Shown: positions 63,479 to 64,000 of the stretch, piece after piece
Position numbering within the stretch: position 1 is the first letter of the stretch
How the letters are laid out: every line of letters starts with the position of its first letter
Assembly: GCF_963921235.1 (NCBI RefSeq)
Contig: NC_086108.1
Span: 9,300,001-9,364,000, forward strand
Reading direction: 5' to 3'
Length of the DNA stretch: 64,000 bases
Source of the DNA: Mobula hypostoma
Lineage: Eukaryota
Program-made: the position numbers and the translations under genes
The notes under the pieces: model-generated
Databases searched by the model: none
What the model was told of the DNA's origin: nothing
Seen by the model: only the letters and a program-made list of their open reading frames with translations

Positions 63479-64000
63479 AATCCCTCCATTGGTCAAGGTT
63501 GACCATGGATATTGCGCTCTATCTGTGTAGATACGCAAACCATGGCAGTACAATATGTAGAACAAGTCATTGCCCATGTAACAAGTTACCCCTCTCCGTG
63601 CATCTGATGAACCCAAAGGAATGGCAAAGACTGATACAGTTTGGCACCAGCAGTGTCAGAGGAGTTGCCAGTCAGTGTTGAACTCAAGGTAGGACTGCCT
63701 CAGGGACTCTAGCTTGAAATTTGTCCCTCAATGTTTACTCAAAGGTATTGTTGAAATTCCTAATTCATGATCATCAAACCCCCAAATCCACTCTCCCCGC
63801 ACAAAGAAAAGAACAAAACCAGAACGGATACACCAACCCCCAAATCCCTCATGCTGTACAAAGAAATGAGAAAAACGGAACAGGCACATCAACCCCCAAA
63901 TCTCACCTCCCGCACAAAAAAATGAACAAAAATGTAACAGACACATTGACCTTCGTATCCTCCTTCTCACAAAAAAAACAAACAAAACGGAGCAGGCACA

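Noticed and set aside
63600..63640. CTGATGA as another hammerhead
   Set aside because: No downstream stem II-GAAA-NUH arrangement.
62450..64000. Next ZNF541 exon (ELM2-SANT linker / SANT)
   Set aside because: No acceptor followed by a matching peptide was found; the region is transposon-derived, so the exon probably lies beyond the window.

Overview
Vertebrate genomic DNA. The CR1/Rex-Babar/Penelope/V-SINE repeat content looks like a cartilaginous fish, probably a ray or shark (inference). The window holds eight internal coding exons of one + strand gene best matching ZNF541 (C2H2 zinc fingers plus ELM2 region; TRERF1/MIDEAS family): 5209-7084, 12118-12182, 15141-15327, 18267-18461, 24317-24638, 43667-43730, 48596-48738 and 54016-54119. 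They join in frame through GT-AG introns. No 5' exons or SANT/3' exons were found in the window. The introns are mostly transposon-derived: many CR1 LINEs (one apparently full length with ORF1 and a tandem-monomer 5' UTR), a near-intact L1, Penelope-like elements carrying minimal hammerhead ribozyme motifs, Rex1/Babar and HERO-type fragments, a decayed Sushi-like Gypsy chromovirus, a Chapaev3-like deletion derivative, a composite Tc1-like MITE, SINEs and two minisatellites. Family assignments rest on recalled motifs, not database searches. I found no convincing wholly new system. The best leads are the intronic hammerhead motifs, a CR1-derived minisatellite split by a Gypsy element with its halves diverging, the CR1 promoter monomers, and odd splice sites in the ZNF541-like gene.
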